From: Eledone cirrhosa
Lineage: Eukaryota
DNA length: 64,000 nt
Assembly: GCA_964016885.1 (NCBI GenBank)
Contig: OZ024741.1
Location: 92,318,001-92,382,000 of the forward strand
Direction of reading: 5' to 3'
The position numbers and the translations under genes are program-made. The notes under the pieces were generated by a model. It was not told the origin of the DNA. It searched no databases and saw only the letters and a list, made by a program, of their open reading frames with translations. This document shows positions 34,314 through 52,473 of the stretch, piece after piece; positions within the stretch are counted from its first letter, which is position 1, and every line of letters starts with the position of its first letter.

Positions 34314-36474
34314 CGCTATTTCAGAGCATTTATTCCAATTTCTAATTTCTGCCGGACCGGCAACCGCTCTTTCAAACCAGTTCCTGTACACAGCTAAGTA
34401 TTCTATAAGTCTCTAGCTGTGTCATTCTCGATAAGAGCACTGGATATGTAGTCCTGATGATTTCTAACAAGAATGAAACGCGTAGATTACTTCCCTTGCT
34501 TTTATCGAGAATCTAATTGTAATACGTGACGTATTCTATTCTATAGCGATTAGGTCTTCAAAATGTTTATTATAAACATACAGAATATTTTCGAATATTC
34601 TATGTCTATATTCACATATATATCGCTATTTCAGAGCATTTATTCCAATTTCTAATTTCTGCCGGACCGGCAACCGCTCTTTCAAACCAGTTCCTGTACA
34701 CAGCTAAGTATTCTATAAGTCTCTAGCTGTGTCATTCTCGATAAGAGCACTGGATATGTAGTCCTGATGATTTCTAACAAGAATGAAACGCGTAGATTAC
34801 TTCCCTTGCTTTTATCGAGAATCTAATTGTAATACGTGACGTATTCTATTCTATAGCGATTAGGTCTTCAAAATGTTTATTATAAACATACAGAATATTT
34901 TCGAATATTCTATGTCTATATTCACATATATATCGCTATTTCAGAGCATTTATTCCAATTTCTAATTTCTGCCGGACCGGCAACCGCTCTTTCAAACCAG
35001 TTCCTGTACACAGCTAAGTATTCTATAAGTCTCTAGCTGTGTCATTCTCGATAAGAGCACTGGATATGTAGTCCTGATGATTTCTAACAAGAATGAAACG
35101 CGTAGATTACTTCCCTTGCTTTTATCGAGAATCTAATTGTAATACGTGACGTATTCTATTCTATAGCGATTAGGTCTTCAAAATGTTTATTATAAACATA
35201 CAGAATATTTTCGAATATTCTATGTCTATATTCACATATATATCGCTATTTCAGAGCATTTATTCCAATTTCTAATTTCTGCCGGACCGGCAACCGCTCT
35301 TTCAAACCAGTTCCTGTACACAGCTAAGTATTCTATAAGTCTCTAGCTGTGTCATTCTCGATAAGAGCACTGGATATGTAGTCCTGATGATTTCTAACAA
35401 GAATGAAACGCGTAGATTACTTCCCTTGCTTTTATCGAGAATCTAATTGTAATACGTGACGTATTCTATTCTATAGCGATTAGGTCTTCAAAATGTTTAT
35501 TATAAACATACAGAATATTTTCGAATATTCTATGTCTATATTCACATATATATCGCTATTTCAGAGCATTTATTCCAATTTCTAATTTCTGCCGGACCGG
35601 CAACCGCTCTTTCAAACCAGTTCCTGTACACAGCTAAGTATTCTATAAGTCTCTAGCTGTGTCATTCTCGATAAGAGCACTGGATATGTAGTCCTGATGA
35701 TTTCTAACAAGAATGAAACGCGTAGATTACTTCCCTTGCTTTTATCGAGAATCTAATTGTAATACGTGACGTATTCTATTCTATAGCGATTAGGTCTTCA
35801 AAATGTTTATTATAAACATACAGAATATTTTCGAATATTCTATGTCTATATTCACATATATATCGCTATTTCAGAGCATTTATTCCAATTTCTAATTTCT
35901 GCCGGACCGGCAACCGCTCTTTCAAACCAGTTCCTGTACACAGCTAAGTATTCTATAAGTCTCTAGCTGTGTCATTCTCGATAAGAGCACTGGATATGTA
36001 GTCCTGATGATTTCTAACAAGAATGAAACGCGTAGATTACTTCCCTTGCTTTTATCGAGAATCTAATTGTAATACGTGACGTATTCTATTCTATAGCGAT
36101 TAGGTCTTCAAAATGTTTATTATAAACATACAGAATATTTTCGAATATTCTATGTCTATATTCACATATATATCGCTATTTCAGAGCATTTATTCCAATT
36201 TCTAATTTCTGCCGGACCGGCAACCGCTCTTTCAAACCAGTTCCTGTACACAGCTAAGTATTCTATAAGTCTCTAGCTGTGTCATTCTCGATAACAGCAC
36301 TGGATATGTAGTCCTGATGATTTCTAACAAGAATGAAACGCGTAGATTACTTCCCTTGCTTTTATCGAGAATCTAATTGTAATACGTGACGTATTCTATT
36401 CTATAGCGATTAGGTCTTCAAAATGTTTATTATAAACATACAGAATATTTTCGAATATTCTATGTCTATATTCA
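34314..36474 (+). mobile_element. 7 x 310-bp tandem array with one HHR per unit (non-LTR retrozyme-like, family R1)
   Basis: Unit starts at 34314, 34624, 34934, 35244, 35554, 35864 and 36174; HHRs at 34448 + 310n; (TA)n on both sides. Confidence 0.9.
34448..34490 (+). ncRNA. Type I hammerhead ribozyme (first of 7 copies)
   Basis: gtagtc-CTGATGA-tTTCtaacaaGAAt-GAAA-CGCG-TA-gattac; 16-bp outer stem attctcgataagagca/tgcttttatcgagaat. Confidence 0.88.
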
Positions 36475-36502
36475 TATATATATATATATTTATATACATA
36501 TA

Positions 36503-36557
<55 letters not shown>

Positions 36558-36580
36558 GTATATATATACATATATGTATA

Positions 36581-36642
<62 letters not shown>

Positions 36643-36736
36643 TATACATATATATATATATATGTATATATATACATATATATATATATGTATATATATA
36701 CATATATGTATATATATGTATATATATATATATACA

Positions 36737-36788
<52 letters not shown>

Positions 36789-36806
36789 TATATACATATA
36801 TGTATA

Positions 36807-36886
<80 letters not shown>

Positions 36887-36917
36887 AATATAAATTAGCG
36901 AGAATCGTTTTCAGCTC

Positions 36918-37026
<109 letters not shown>

Positions 37027-37028
37027 TG

Positions 37029-37068
<40 letters not shown>

Positions 37069-37101
37069 CAAATATAAATTAGCGAGAATCGTTTTCAGCT
37101 C

Positions 37102-37346
<245 letters not shown>

Positions 37347-37368
37347 TATATGTATATATATGTATATA

Positions 37369-37410
<42 letters not shown>

Positions 37411-37426
37411 CATATATATATGTATA

Positions 37427-37540
<114 letters not shown>

Positions 37541-37556
37541 CATATATATATATTTG

Positions 37557-37594
<38 letters not shown>

Positions 37595-37614
37595 TATACA
37601 TATATATATGTATG

Positions 37615-37654
<40 letters not shown>

Positions 37655-37672
37655 TACATATATATATGTATG

Positions 37673-37703
<31 letters not shown>

Positions 37704-37717
37704 GTATATATATATAC

Positions 37718-38941
<1,224 letters not shown>

Positions 38942-39146
38942 TGTATATATTTACCAATCGATTAATTGGTGAAATATATTTCTTTAATGGAATATATAAA
39001 AGGAAGATTAATCAATTTATATGGTAGCTATTTTTGAAGTTCTAGTTAAACTTTATATATATATATATATATGTATATATAAAGTTTAACTGTTATTAAT
39101 TCTGGCAATATTACGCAAATATGACCCTCCCCAAGTATAACAATAT

Positions 39147-39186
<40 letters not shown>

Positions 39187-39188
39187 GT

Positions 39189-39223
<35 letters not shown>

Positions 39224-39243
39224 CATATATATATATATATATG

Positions 39244-39532
<289 letters not shown>

Positions 39533-39707
39533 GTATATCAACTAAAAATTGATTGACAGAAATATATCTAAAATAAACATGAAACAATCACAGGGAATAA
39601 TTTGTAAAAGTGTGTAAGCACACATAGCTATGTAGGTAACTAAATAAAGTTTAACTAGAACTTCAAAAATAGATACCTTATAAATTGATTAATCTTCCTT
39701 TTATATA

Positions 39708-41245
39708 ACTTTGAATAACTTTGAAATGTTTTGGCCAGTATTGGCCCAGGCCATGTCTAACTTAATAGCACCACCTGGCGAAGTCTTTCAATTCAGGATT
39801 TGGGCACCATGGCCCATTCGAGAAGAGAATTACTGTTTGCGGAGACATATCCGGGTGTGGGTGGTTTGTCCGGGATTACTTAGAGGAATTTGTCCAAAGA
39901 CTTCTTGAATTTTGTGTGGTCAGTTTCTGTTTTGACGTGTCCTGGTGTGATGTAGAAGAGAGCAGGGCCGATTGAGGTGAAATAATTGTGCCGTATTGTT
40001 GTTATGAGTTGCGATTTAGATTTTTGAATGGGACGGATAGCACGGGGCCCAAGCCTTGGGTGTATCTTGAAGGCGATGCCAACATCATTTGGGCAGTGAT
40101 GATGGAACATTTTCCACATCATGCAGATAATATAACGCTCACGGCGACGTTGGAGTGAGTAAAGTTTCAGGTTTTCCAATCGACCCCAGTAGTCAAGGTC
40201 TGACATGCCATCTATCTTTTTCGTGATTGCCCTTTGAGGAGCTTCAAGTTTCATGATACTTTGTTTCGCGTGGGGAGACCACAGTGGACAACAGTATTCA
40301 AGGTGTGGTCGGGCAAAAGTAGAGAAGAGAAGGATAATGGTGCGGGAATCTCTCGACTGGAAGGTTCTGAGGGTCCAGGAACACATTCTGCGGGCCATGT
40401 CAACTTTGCTGCTTATATGCGTGGTCCAGCTTATGTTGCTGTCCACGGTTACTCCCAAGTCTCTGATGTTGTTAGATGCCACGAGAGTTTCCCCGGAGGG
40501 AAGGGAGTACGGGAGTTTCAGAGCATCCTCTTTTCCAAAGTGGATCAGTTCGAATTTGTCTTCGTTCAGTAACATGTTGTTCTTTTCTGCCCATTGGGTA
40601 ACAGCCAGTAGGTCTGACTGAAGGCTTATCCGGTCATCCACGCCATTGATGACCTTTTGGAGCTTGGAATCATCAGCAAAAATTTTAATGTTGCTGTGTT
40701 TGATGATGTCAGTGATGTCATTAATATAGATGATGAAGAGAAGTGGGCCCAACACAGTGCCTTGTGGGACCCCACTACTGACTTTGGCTGGGCTTGATTT
40801 GACTCCCTCAACTACAACATGTTGGGTTCTGTTTGACAGGAAGCTCTTGATCCACTGCAGCAGCTTTCCAGTGACACCAATATTGGACAGCTTTCTCAGT
40901 AGAATGTTATGATCAACCCTGTCAAAGGCCTTGCTGAAATCAAGGTAGATAACATCAGTGTTGGAACCCTCTCCCAAGGCTCTCAAAATGTCATCAAAGT
41001 GATGCAGTAGCTGCGTCAGGCAATCCCTTCCATTACGGAATCCACGCTGGTTGGAGTTCAGCATATTGTTACTCTCAAGGAAGTGGGTCATTCGCGATCT
41101 CACCACTCTCTCAAATACCTTAATGATATGAGAGGTGAGTGAGATTGGACAGTAATTCACGGCAAGGGATTTGTTTCCCTTTTTGAAAACTGGGACAACA
41201 GACTGGGATAGAAGGTTTTCTGGCACATATCCAGCATCCAGTGAG
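39708..41245 (-). mobile_element. 5'-truncated CR1/Jockey-group LINE (RT)
   Basis: YLDFSKAFDRVDH, SGVPQGTVLGPLLF, FADD and LEYCCPLWSP; (TTCAAAGTTA)2 tail; TSD TTTATATA at 39700-39707 and 41246-41253. Confidence 0.9.
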
Positions 41246-41310
41246 TTTATATATTCCATTAAAGAAATATATTTCACCAATTAATCGATTGGTAAATATA
41301 TACATATATG

Positions 41311-41425
<115 letters not shown>

Positions 41426-41428
41426 ATA

Positions 41429-41476
<48 letters not shown>

Positions 41477-41568
41477 AACCTATATATCCTATTACCCACT
41501 CTACTACCCCAAGTATTGAGTACTTTGGTGCGTTATGGTCCACCTGGTTCCTTACCACATTTCCTTCG

Positions 41569-41687
<119 letters not shown>

Positions 41688-41908
41688 CATATATATATGT
41701 ATATATATATATATGTATATATATATACATATATATATATATATGTATATATATATACATATATATGTATATATATATACATATATATATACATATATAT
41801 ATATGTATATATATATACATATATATGTATATATATATACATATATATATACATATATATATACATACGATATTAAACAAATGGAAACTATATTTATAAA
41901 ACCATATT

Positions 41909-41974
41909 TATTTCGTTATATATATTTCTGGGATATCATATTAAAAATATGGTATGCCTTCCTCAGACAAAATA
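41909..41974 (-). ncRNA. Type I hammerhead ribozyme (inverted copy of 42650-42715)
   Basis: Lies in inverted arms at about 41867-42047 and 42577-42758. Confidence 0.65.
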
Positions 41975-42649
41975 CAATACATAAGCTGTTTTATAAATAA
42001 TTTTGACAAACCTTATAATAATGCAACTTCCATTTAAAAAGTTGATTTGGTAGTGAAACTGTTATGACAGTTATATAGAAAGAAAAACGAAGATGAAAAG
42101 AAGAAGATGAAGAGATGTATGTAAATAAAAAAAGAAGAAGATGAAGAGATGTATGTAAAGAAAAACAACAGAGCGAGATAGAGAGAGAAGGAGATATGGG
42201 AGAGAGAAATACATTGAGGAAGTGAAAAAATATAGTAGGCAGCTTTTGGACAGATGATCATCGTATATGTGAGAGGTTAAGGAGGGAAGGGATACAGTTA
42301 AACTAGCCGACGCATAAATCATGTCCAGTGTAGAGGAGAAAAAGAAAGAAAGATGATATATTTAAAATATATTAAAAATATATTATGTCTCATCCATTTG
42401 AATTATCAATTTTTATGAATTAGGTATTATAATGTAAATATCAGTATTCATGAATGAGACACATATCCATAATGTGTGAAAAAATGACCCCATGCTTAGT
42501 TTAAAAATTCTTAGGTCTATAAGCAAAATCTGAGATAAAACTTCAAACATAAGTATATATGCATTCTCATGAAAAGAATCAACTTTTTAAATGGAAGTTG
42601 CATTATTATAAGGTATGTCAAAATTATTTATAAAACAGCTTATGTATTG

Positions 42650-42715
42650 TATTTTGTCTGAGGAAGGCATACCATATTTTTAATATGATATCCCAGAAAT
42701 ATATATAACGAAATA
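42650..42715 (+). ncRNA. Type I hammerhead ribozyme
   Basis: tattttgt-CTGAGGA-imperfect stem II (CATATT/AATATG)-GAAA-TATATA-TA-acgaaata. Confidence 0.65.
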
Positions 42716-42938
42716 AATATGGTTTTATAAATATAGTTTCCATTTGTTTAATATCGTATGTATATATATATGTATATATATATGTATATATATATACATA
42801 TATATGTATATATATATACATATATATATATATGTATATATATATGTATATATATATACATATATATGTATATATATATACATATATATATATATATGTA
42901 TATATATATACATATATATATATATACATATATATATG

Positions 42939-42986
<48 letters not shown>

Positions 42987-42987
42987 C

Positions 42988-43074
<87 letters not shown>

Positions 43075-43162
43075 TATATTTATTAAAATAACAGATTAAA
43101 GTTTAAGCAAAGAATCGCTGCTTTCACCCTTATCGGGATCTTATGTATATATATATACACAC

Positions 43163-43213
<51 letters not shown>

Positions 43214-43217
43214 CATA

Positions 43218-43269
<52 letters not shown>

Positions 43270-43339
43270 TCTATATATATATCTATCTATATATATATAT
43301 ATATATATATACATATATCTATATATATATACATATATC

Positions 43340-43419
<80 letters not shown>

Positions 43420-43461
43420 TATATATAGATATATACATGTATATATATATATATCTATCTA

Positions 43462-43564
<103 letters not shown>

Positions 43565-43587
43565 GTATATATATATAAATATATATG

Positions 43588-43646
<59 letters not shown>

Positions 43647-43655
43647 GTATGTATA

Positions 43656-43781
<126 letters not shown>

Positions 43782-43823
43782 CATATATATATGTATATAT
43801 ATATACATATATATATATATATG

Positions 43824-43871
<48 letters not shown>

Positions 43872-43906
43872 CATATATATGTATATATATATACATATAT
43901 ATATAC

Positions 43907-44139
<233 letters not shown>

Positions 44140-44244
44140 TTTATTTCTTAAAATAACAGATTAAAGTTTAAGCAAAGAATCGGTGCTTTCACCCTTAACT
44201 GGATCTTATGTATATATATATATATATACACACATATATATATA

Positions 44245-44442
<198 letters not shown>

Positions 44443-44444
44443 TC

Positions 44445-44539
<95 letters not shown>

Positions 44540-44542
<3 letters not shown>

Positions 44543-44932
44543 AAAGAATAGAGGTGTAACACACAAGTTATTATATATTGGTAAACGGAATAGAAAATGC
44601 TGACAAATTGTTCACAGTTGAAAAATGGTTTAATTAGGAATAAAAGAGTATTAGTGATTCTATGGGTTAGTATTCAGTTGTGGTTTTAAGTTTTTAAGTT
44701 TTTACCGGTTGCGCATTTCTAAATGCTTTTCAAAAATAATTTTGAGATAGAGTGTCCGTGCTGTTTGCTCTGATCTGATTAGTTTTGGGAATTCTACCTG
44801 TTTTTATGTTAAAAAAGTGGCTCCAATTTGCAAAAATTCTTGTGGTCAAAACAATTTTGATTGGTCGGTAGAGGTCATGCGAATAAAAAATTGGTTTTGC
44901 GCCAAGATTGAGAAATGACTCTTTCACAACAA

Positions 44933-45010
<78 letters not shown>

Positions 45011-45497
45011 TAGTAGTAGTAGTAGTAGTAAGGTGTTCGATGTTGTGATAATGGTTAGCAGCGATGTGTGTCAAATGGCTATTAAGATAAGTGTCTGTGT
45101 GTGTGTGTGTGTGTGTGTGTAGCAGAGTAATTCGTGGTGGCAAGGATGGTCAGTAAGAATGTGTCTGAAAGCAATGGGGGGTATTTTAGCATGTCAAAAG
45201 ATATTTTCCAGCTTTTGTCTTATACGGAGAAGTGCGTGTGTGTGTGTGTGTGTGTGTATATAAGTCTCTTTGTATGTTGTTGTACGCGTGTGTATGTGTG
45301 TGTGTATGTGTGTGTGTATATATATGTGTGTGTGTGTGTGGGGGGGGGGGGGGGTGGACCAGTATTTTTCCCCCCTGGTAAAATGGTGTACATTATTAGA
45401 TTTTTTCAGTAAAATCGGTTCTCTTAATAGAACATCAAAAATCTTAACAATAAAAGGTGTGAAATGATATTCACTATATATATACACATACATATAT

Positions 45498-45537
<40 letters not shown>

Positions 45538-47246
45538 TACATATATATATGCACATATATCTTTTTGTGTTGCACCATAGAGCATGTGTGTTTACGTATG
45601 TCATTGTGTTTATATGTGAGTAGAGATGTGTGCTGATGTAGGTATGTATGTTGACGTGTGTATGTTGTGGGTTCGTCTTAGGGAGAAGTGTTTAGACGGG
45701 GTCCGTATTTGTTAATGAAGTAAGATTCCTTGCTGATGCGCTGGGTGTGGGTGGCATTATCTTTAAATTTGTAGAGGGGAAAGATTCTGAAGTTGGGATG
45801 ATTTTGGGCGGCACAGGTATCAATGTGTTCACTCAGTGGTATTTTCCTGTATTCCCGTATTTTAATTTGGGATCTATGGACAGTCATGAGTTGGCGGAGG
45901 CTGTTTTTGGTCTGGCCTATGTATTGTTCTCGACAACCTGAACAAGTTAATACATATATTAGATTTTCCGATGCACATGTGAAATTGTGTTTTACTATAA
46001 AACGTTGTCCATCTTTGAAATAGAATTCCGAACCCTCTATTAGGTTGATGCAAATGCCACAGTTGGGTCTATCGCATTTTTTTACTGTGGGTTTCGTTGT
46101 TGTGGTTGGCAGTACTTTGGCATGTGTTAAGATGTTTTTCATTGACTTGGATTGTCTTTTGCTCTTTATGATATCATGTGTTCGTAGATTTTGGTTCATT
46201 CTATGGTCCTTTTTCAATACAGGGATGTTCTGGAGGATGGTGTCAAAGGCCTCATTGTTGAGGGGGTTGTGTGTGGAGATGTATGGAAGAGCTTTTAGTT
46301 TTGGTTGATTTACTTTAGGGTGTCTAAGGTCCTGGGTACTGAGTTTTACGGCACGTTGGATTCCATTGTCAATTAGTGATGCAGGGTAGTCCCTGCCTAT
46401 GAGTGTGTCCTTTAGTTCTTGTAGCCATAAGTAGCAGATGTTTTTATTGGAGACTATAGTACAGATTCTCTTGGCTAAGTTGTAGGGAATATTAATGTTA
46501 ACGTGTCTAGGGTGGCAAGAGTTGAAGGGGAGATATTGCTTGGAGTCTGTGGGCTTGTAGTATATGTCTGTTTCTATTTTTTTGTTATGGATCTTAATGA
46601 GGATGTCGAGGAAGGGGAGTTGTTGATGGCTGTATTCCATTGTGAAGTTAATATTTGTGTTGAGCCCATTTATAAGGGTGTGAAATTCTTTAAGTTTTTC
46701 GATGTTTTCGTGCCAAAGGATGAAGCAGTCATCTAGATATCGCTTCCAGTTCCTTTCAATGTGTAAGTGGAGGGTGTTTCCAAATTTGTTTAGGACTTTA
46801 GTGTAGAGGGTGATTTCCAGGTATCCCATGACTAGGTTGGCATAAGTGGGTGCTGTTTTCGTTCCCATAGCGGAACCAGATTTCTGCCTGTAGGGTTTGT
46901 TATTGAAAACGAAGTAATTGTTCTCCAAGATAAATTTGAGTCCCTCTATCACGAATTCTTTTTTGATGCGTTGTGGGAGTTCATTGTGGAAATTGTCCAG
47001 CCAGAATTGGATAGCTTCTATTCCTAGGTTGTGGGGGATGTTGGAGTATAGGTTGACTACATCGAACGTCACTAGTAGGGTTTGTTCAGAAAGTGGCATA
47101 TTAGGGAGGTGATTGAGCATATCTAGGTCGTCCCTTATATAGCTTTTGATGTGCTTGAGGAAGGGTTTGAGAAGGGTATCAATGAAGTTGCTAAGACGGT
47201 GCGTTCCGCAAGCGGGGCCTGCTATTATAGGTCTTAATTTGAGATC
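44540..47246 (-). mobile_element. Neptune-type PLE, 5'-truncated, inserted in (TA)n
   Basis: ORF plus about 1.1 kb of 3' region with a degenerate HHR at 44700-44736. Confidence 0.8.
45678..47246 (-). CDS. Penelope-like RT plus GIY-YIG endonuclease (frame open, 5'-truncated)
   Basis: [26 protein letters not shown] and YYKPTD; CDRPNCGIC zinc finger; LIY..C..C..YIGQT. Confidence 0.92.
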   Translation of the reverse strand, partial: DLKLRPIIAGPACGTHRLSNFIDTLLKPFLKHIKSYIRDDLDMLNHLPNMPLSEQTLLVTFDVVNLYSNIPHNLGIEAIQFWLDNFHNELPQRIKKEFVIEGLKFILENNYFVFNNKPYRQKSGSAMGTKTAPTYANLVMGYLEITLYTKVLNKFGNTLHLHIERNWKRYLDDCFILWHENIEKLKEFHTLINGLNTNINFTMEYSHQQLPFLDILIKIHNKKIETDIYYKPTDSKQYLPFNSCHPRHVNINIPYNLAKRICTIVSNKNICYLWLQELKDTLIGRDYPASLIDNGIQRAVKLSTQDLRHPKVNQPKLKALPYISTHNPLNNEAFDTILQNIPVLKKDHRMNQNLRTHDIIKSKRQSKSMKNILTHAKVLPTTTTKPTVKKCDRPNCGICINLIEGSEFYFKDGQRFIVKHNFTCASENLIYVLTCSGCREQYIGQTKNSLRQLMTVHRSQIKIREYRKIPLSEHIDTCAAQNHPNFRIFPLYKFKDNATHTQRISKESYFINKYGPRLNTSP

Positions 47247-47266
47247 ATATATATATATATATACAC

Positions 47267-47358
<92 letters not shown>

Positions 47359-47457
47359 TAGTCGATCGACTTTCGTCAAATCGGACCGAGGAAACTATGT
47401 TTCCGTTGGTCTTTCCAATTGCTAATACTATCTATCGGTCGCAACTCCAGGTAGAAG

Positions 47458-47577
47458 GAGCAACGTGAAATAAAGTGTCTTGCTCAAGGACATAACGCAT
47501 CTCCTGGTTCAGGAATCGAACTCACAACCTCACGATTGTGAATCCAATACTCTAACCACTCAGCCACACGCCTTCAC
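47458..47577 (-). mobile_element. tRNA-derived SINE head with CORE-like segment
   Basis: Minus strand: A box TGGCTGAGTGG, B box GTTCGATTCC, then gtccttgagcaagacactt. Confidence 0.8.
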
Positions 47578-47599
47578 ATATATATGTATATATATATAC

Positions 47600-47791
<192 letters not shown>

Positions 47792-47814
47792 GTATATATA
47801 TTATATATATATAC

Positions 47815-47928
<114 letters not shown>

Positions 47929-47942
47929 GTATATATATATAC

Positions 47943-47981
<39 letters not shown>

Positions 47982-47990
47982 CATATATAC

Positions 47991-48038
<48 letters not shown>

Positions 48039-48068
48039 GTATATATATATACATATATATATATATAT

Positions 48069-48677
48069 GACAGGTTTTGTTTTTAGTCCTGCAGGATGTC
48101 CAAAGTCACCCTCCTCACCAAGAAACCTTGGTGGGATTGCCAGTTTAGTCGCCAACGACCCGACCATGAGACAGGTTGTACTGGGATACATGTTACCAGT
48201 AGCACCAAGTGGTGACCTGACATCAAAGGGCAAAGGAGCTCTTAAGAGTCAATGGCCATCCAAAATCACTGGGAGAGATGACCCCTTAGCCTTTGTCAAG
48301 GCAGAATTCTAGGAGAAGGAAAACTCTGATATAACACCTGCAACCCTGATGGTATCCAATGATGTTGACTTGTTCTTCTTTTTGGTAAATATCATCTTGG
48401 TTAAGACAGTGGGACTGGCTTTGTGCAGTGCCTTTGCTCACTATAAAAGCTTCACGGCACAGGCATTGCTTTATATCTGGAGATCTCTCTGCACTTGTCG
48501 TCACATGGTACCAACTGCAAAGCACTATGTGTCAATAATTGTCACAAGTGTAGTGTTTGTACTAGAGTTTTCAAGTCGCTGGCTGGACTAAAAAGTCACA
48601 CTCGTTCAGCGCATCGGTAGGGGTTCTCCTACATGGATATAAAGTAGTGGCCGTACTCGAAAACGAGTTGGCAGCCA

Positions 48678-48680
<3 letters not shown>
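48069..48680. other. Unassigned GC-richer island, possibly a LINE 5' UTR fragment
   Basis: No convincing ORF or HHR; flanked by (TA)n; the assignment is a guess. Confidence 0.25.
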
Positions 48681-48734
<54 letters not shown>

Positions 48735-48747
48735 CATATATATATAC

Positions 48748-48876
<129 letters not shown>

Positions 48877-48879
48877 CAC

Positions 48880-48973
<94 letters not shown>

Positions 48974-48976
48974 CTC

Positions 48977-49092
<116 letters not shown>

Positions 49093-49186
49093 TATATTTA
49101 TTAAAATAACAGATTAAAGTTTAAGCAAAGAATCGCTGCTTTCACCCTTAACGGGATCTTATGTATATATATATATATATACACAC

Positions 49187-49331
<145 letters not shown>

Positions 49332-49351
49332 TCTATATATATACATATATC

Positions 49352-50296
<945 letters not shown>

Positions 50297-50299
<3 letters not shown>

Positions 50300-50977
50300 A
50301 ATACAAATAATTTATCGAGAATCGGAATTTCGGCCCACGAAATAACGAAACACCATCTTCGAAATGTGTGGCAAAGGGCTCAATAGTTTGGATAAACCAG
50401 AGCTATAACTATCGTTTAAGTATCAACACACAAAGACAATGCCTAAAACCACTCGCACAGCCGAAAAACGACCAAGAAAATTCGGGTCAGACAAATAATA
50501 AAATAAATGAATGAAAATCTTTACCCGGACCCGCTAGAATGATGGTAAATTCCAGCTTTTGGGTTTCTGCGGCTCCTAAATCAGTTATCGTCAGCTTATA
50601 TAAAAATATATATATATATATATTCGGCTTTTGGTAGAATGATGAACGAGGAAAACCACTTTCTCAACAGGCATTTCGTTCAAATATACAGAAGAACCCG
50701 TTACTAAATCCACGTGAGGTTTAGCAAGGGAGGGAACCCCTATATTAGGCGAATGAATTCGGCAGTGTATATATTTGTAAAAATACAAAATATCACATAT
50801 CGAATTAGAGTTCTCAACAGACGGGTTAAAATTAACATGAGCTATTCATCAGTCAATAAGATCAATTAAAAAATCAATAAAATTAACTGGTCAATAGCTA
50901 AAGACTGGAGATAAATACAAATAATTTATCGAGAATCGGAATTTCGGCCCACGAAATAACGAAACACCATCTTCGAA
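50297..50977. repeat. Module G, 1.1 units of a roughly 615-bp monomer
   Basis: About 65 bp at 50298 is repeated at 50913. Confidence 0.8.
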
Positions 50978-51013
50978 ATATATATTATCATCATCATCAT
51001 CATCATCATCATC

Positions 51014-52429
51014 GTTTCGGTAGGCAGCCTGCAGGGACCTGTTCGTCCACTACAAGTCCGCCCTCCCCAACAGTGCCAAAAGAGGATACATCACGAACGA
51101 GATCGCGCGAATAAAAAACAGAGGCAGCGATCCCGCGAGTGGTGTCGCTCATACCAAGCGATTCCTCGAGGTGCTGGAGACGATTGGGTACCCTACCTCG
51201 CTCACAGACATAGTAGGAGACACCAGACACAAGAGACAGAGAGGCACCCAAGGCAAGTGCTTCCTTAAAATGCCACACCTGGGCGAGAATACCACCAACG
51301 CTATCCGCAAAGCTATACGGAGGGAGGGCCTCGACATCCACCTGGCTCACTCGGGCTCCTCCCTGCGAAGATGCCTCTCCAGGAAACCCGGGAAAGCAGC
51401 TGACGCGTGATCCCCCAGAGACTGCTTGATGCGCCATGCGAACTGTTGCCTACGCACATACATCGTGTATAATATAGAATGTAACAAGTGCAACCAATAC
51501 TATATAGGTAGCACAATCCGGCCGTTGCATATCCGGATCAAGGAACACACTAAAATTAGGGTCTCGTCTTTCCGGAAACACATAGCCAAATGCGGAAACA
51601 AAGACGGAAGGCCCATTGTCACAATTCTAGCGACAGAAAGAAACGTCGGCACGTTACGTATCAAGGAAGCACTTTGGATCAAACGCCTAGGGCCACAATT
51701 AAACAACCGATCCGAGAGAAGCGAAATGAGGTGGTTGGTTTAAGTAAACAAACGATGCAGCAACACACGCACACACACACACAAGCAAGACAGCAACACA
51801 CGCACACACACACACAGTAGCATTCCACCAAAAGAACATACTACACTGCCAATACAGAGGAACAAGGCAACAACACACACACACACACACACGCACTCAA
51901 GCGAGACAACAACATACACACAGTAACATTCACCAAACAGGCAGAGAATGGACTGACAGCTAGCGCCACCCCACCCCCACAATTGAAAGAACTACTTCGG
52001 TCGCTGACTTCTGCCTGACCGACCCCATTTCACGCGCACGCGCGCTCTGCTGAATACCTCCGACATTCAGAACAACGAACAGCGGGGGACACGTTTCGCA
52101 CCTTTCCGACAGACAACCCCCCCCACCCCGGAAAATCCCCACTTGATGGATGTGAATGCGAAATATATAGGGACAATTAAATCCCTCCAAGGTAACTCTT
52201 TCTCGTGTTGTTATTTTTATTTTTATTCTTTACGCTCTTTGCTTCATTCCTCTACACGTGACAGTCTTATACACGCCACGCATATCAACGTACACCCACT
52301 TACATCTCTCTCTCCACCACCGGATCTTGTTACCCTGAGATTTACCCATCTGCATTATCGAGGCTTCCAAACGACTTTAAAAAATTTACCTTATTATTCC
52401 ACAATGCTTCAAGCAAACTTCAATACTCT

Positions 52430-52432
<3 letters not shown>
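51014..52432 (+). mobile_element. PLE 3' fragment (linker plus GIY-YIG, module F end)
   Basis: FLKMPHLG; IVYNIECNKCNQYYIGSTIRPLHIRIKEH..LRIKEALWI..PQLN at 51426-51743; internal stop. Confidence 0.85.

Positions 52433-52469
<37 letters not shown>

Positions 52470-52473
<4 letters not shown>

Noticed and set aside
34314-36474. CRISPR-like array
   Set aside because: Whole units are identical, with no variable spacers and no cas genes, and the context is eukaryotic.
47500-47577. tRNA gene
   Set aside because: A and B boxes are present but run into a SINE body, and there is no clear acceptor stem.
48130-48260. HDV-like ribozyme on the minus strand (gtcgttggcga-CTAA-actgg)
   Set aside because: P4-, J4/2- and P2-like parts are present, but I could not build P3/L3 of the proper size.
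50588-50853. Minus-strand CTGACGA and CTGATGA in module G
   Set aside because: The first is not conserved in the 38260 copy; the second lacks a following GAAA.
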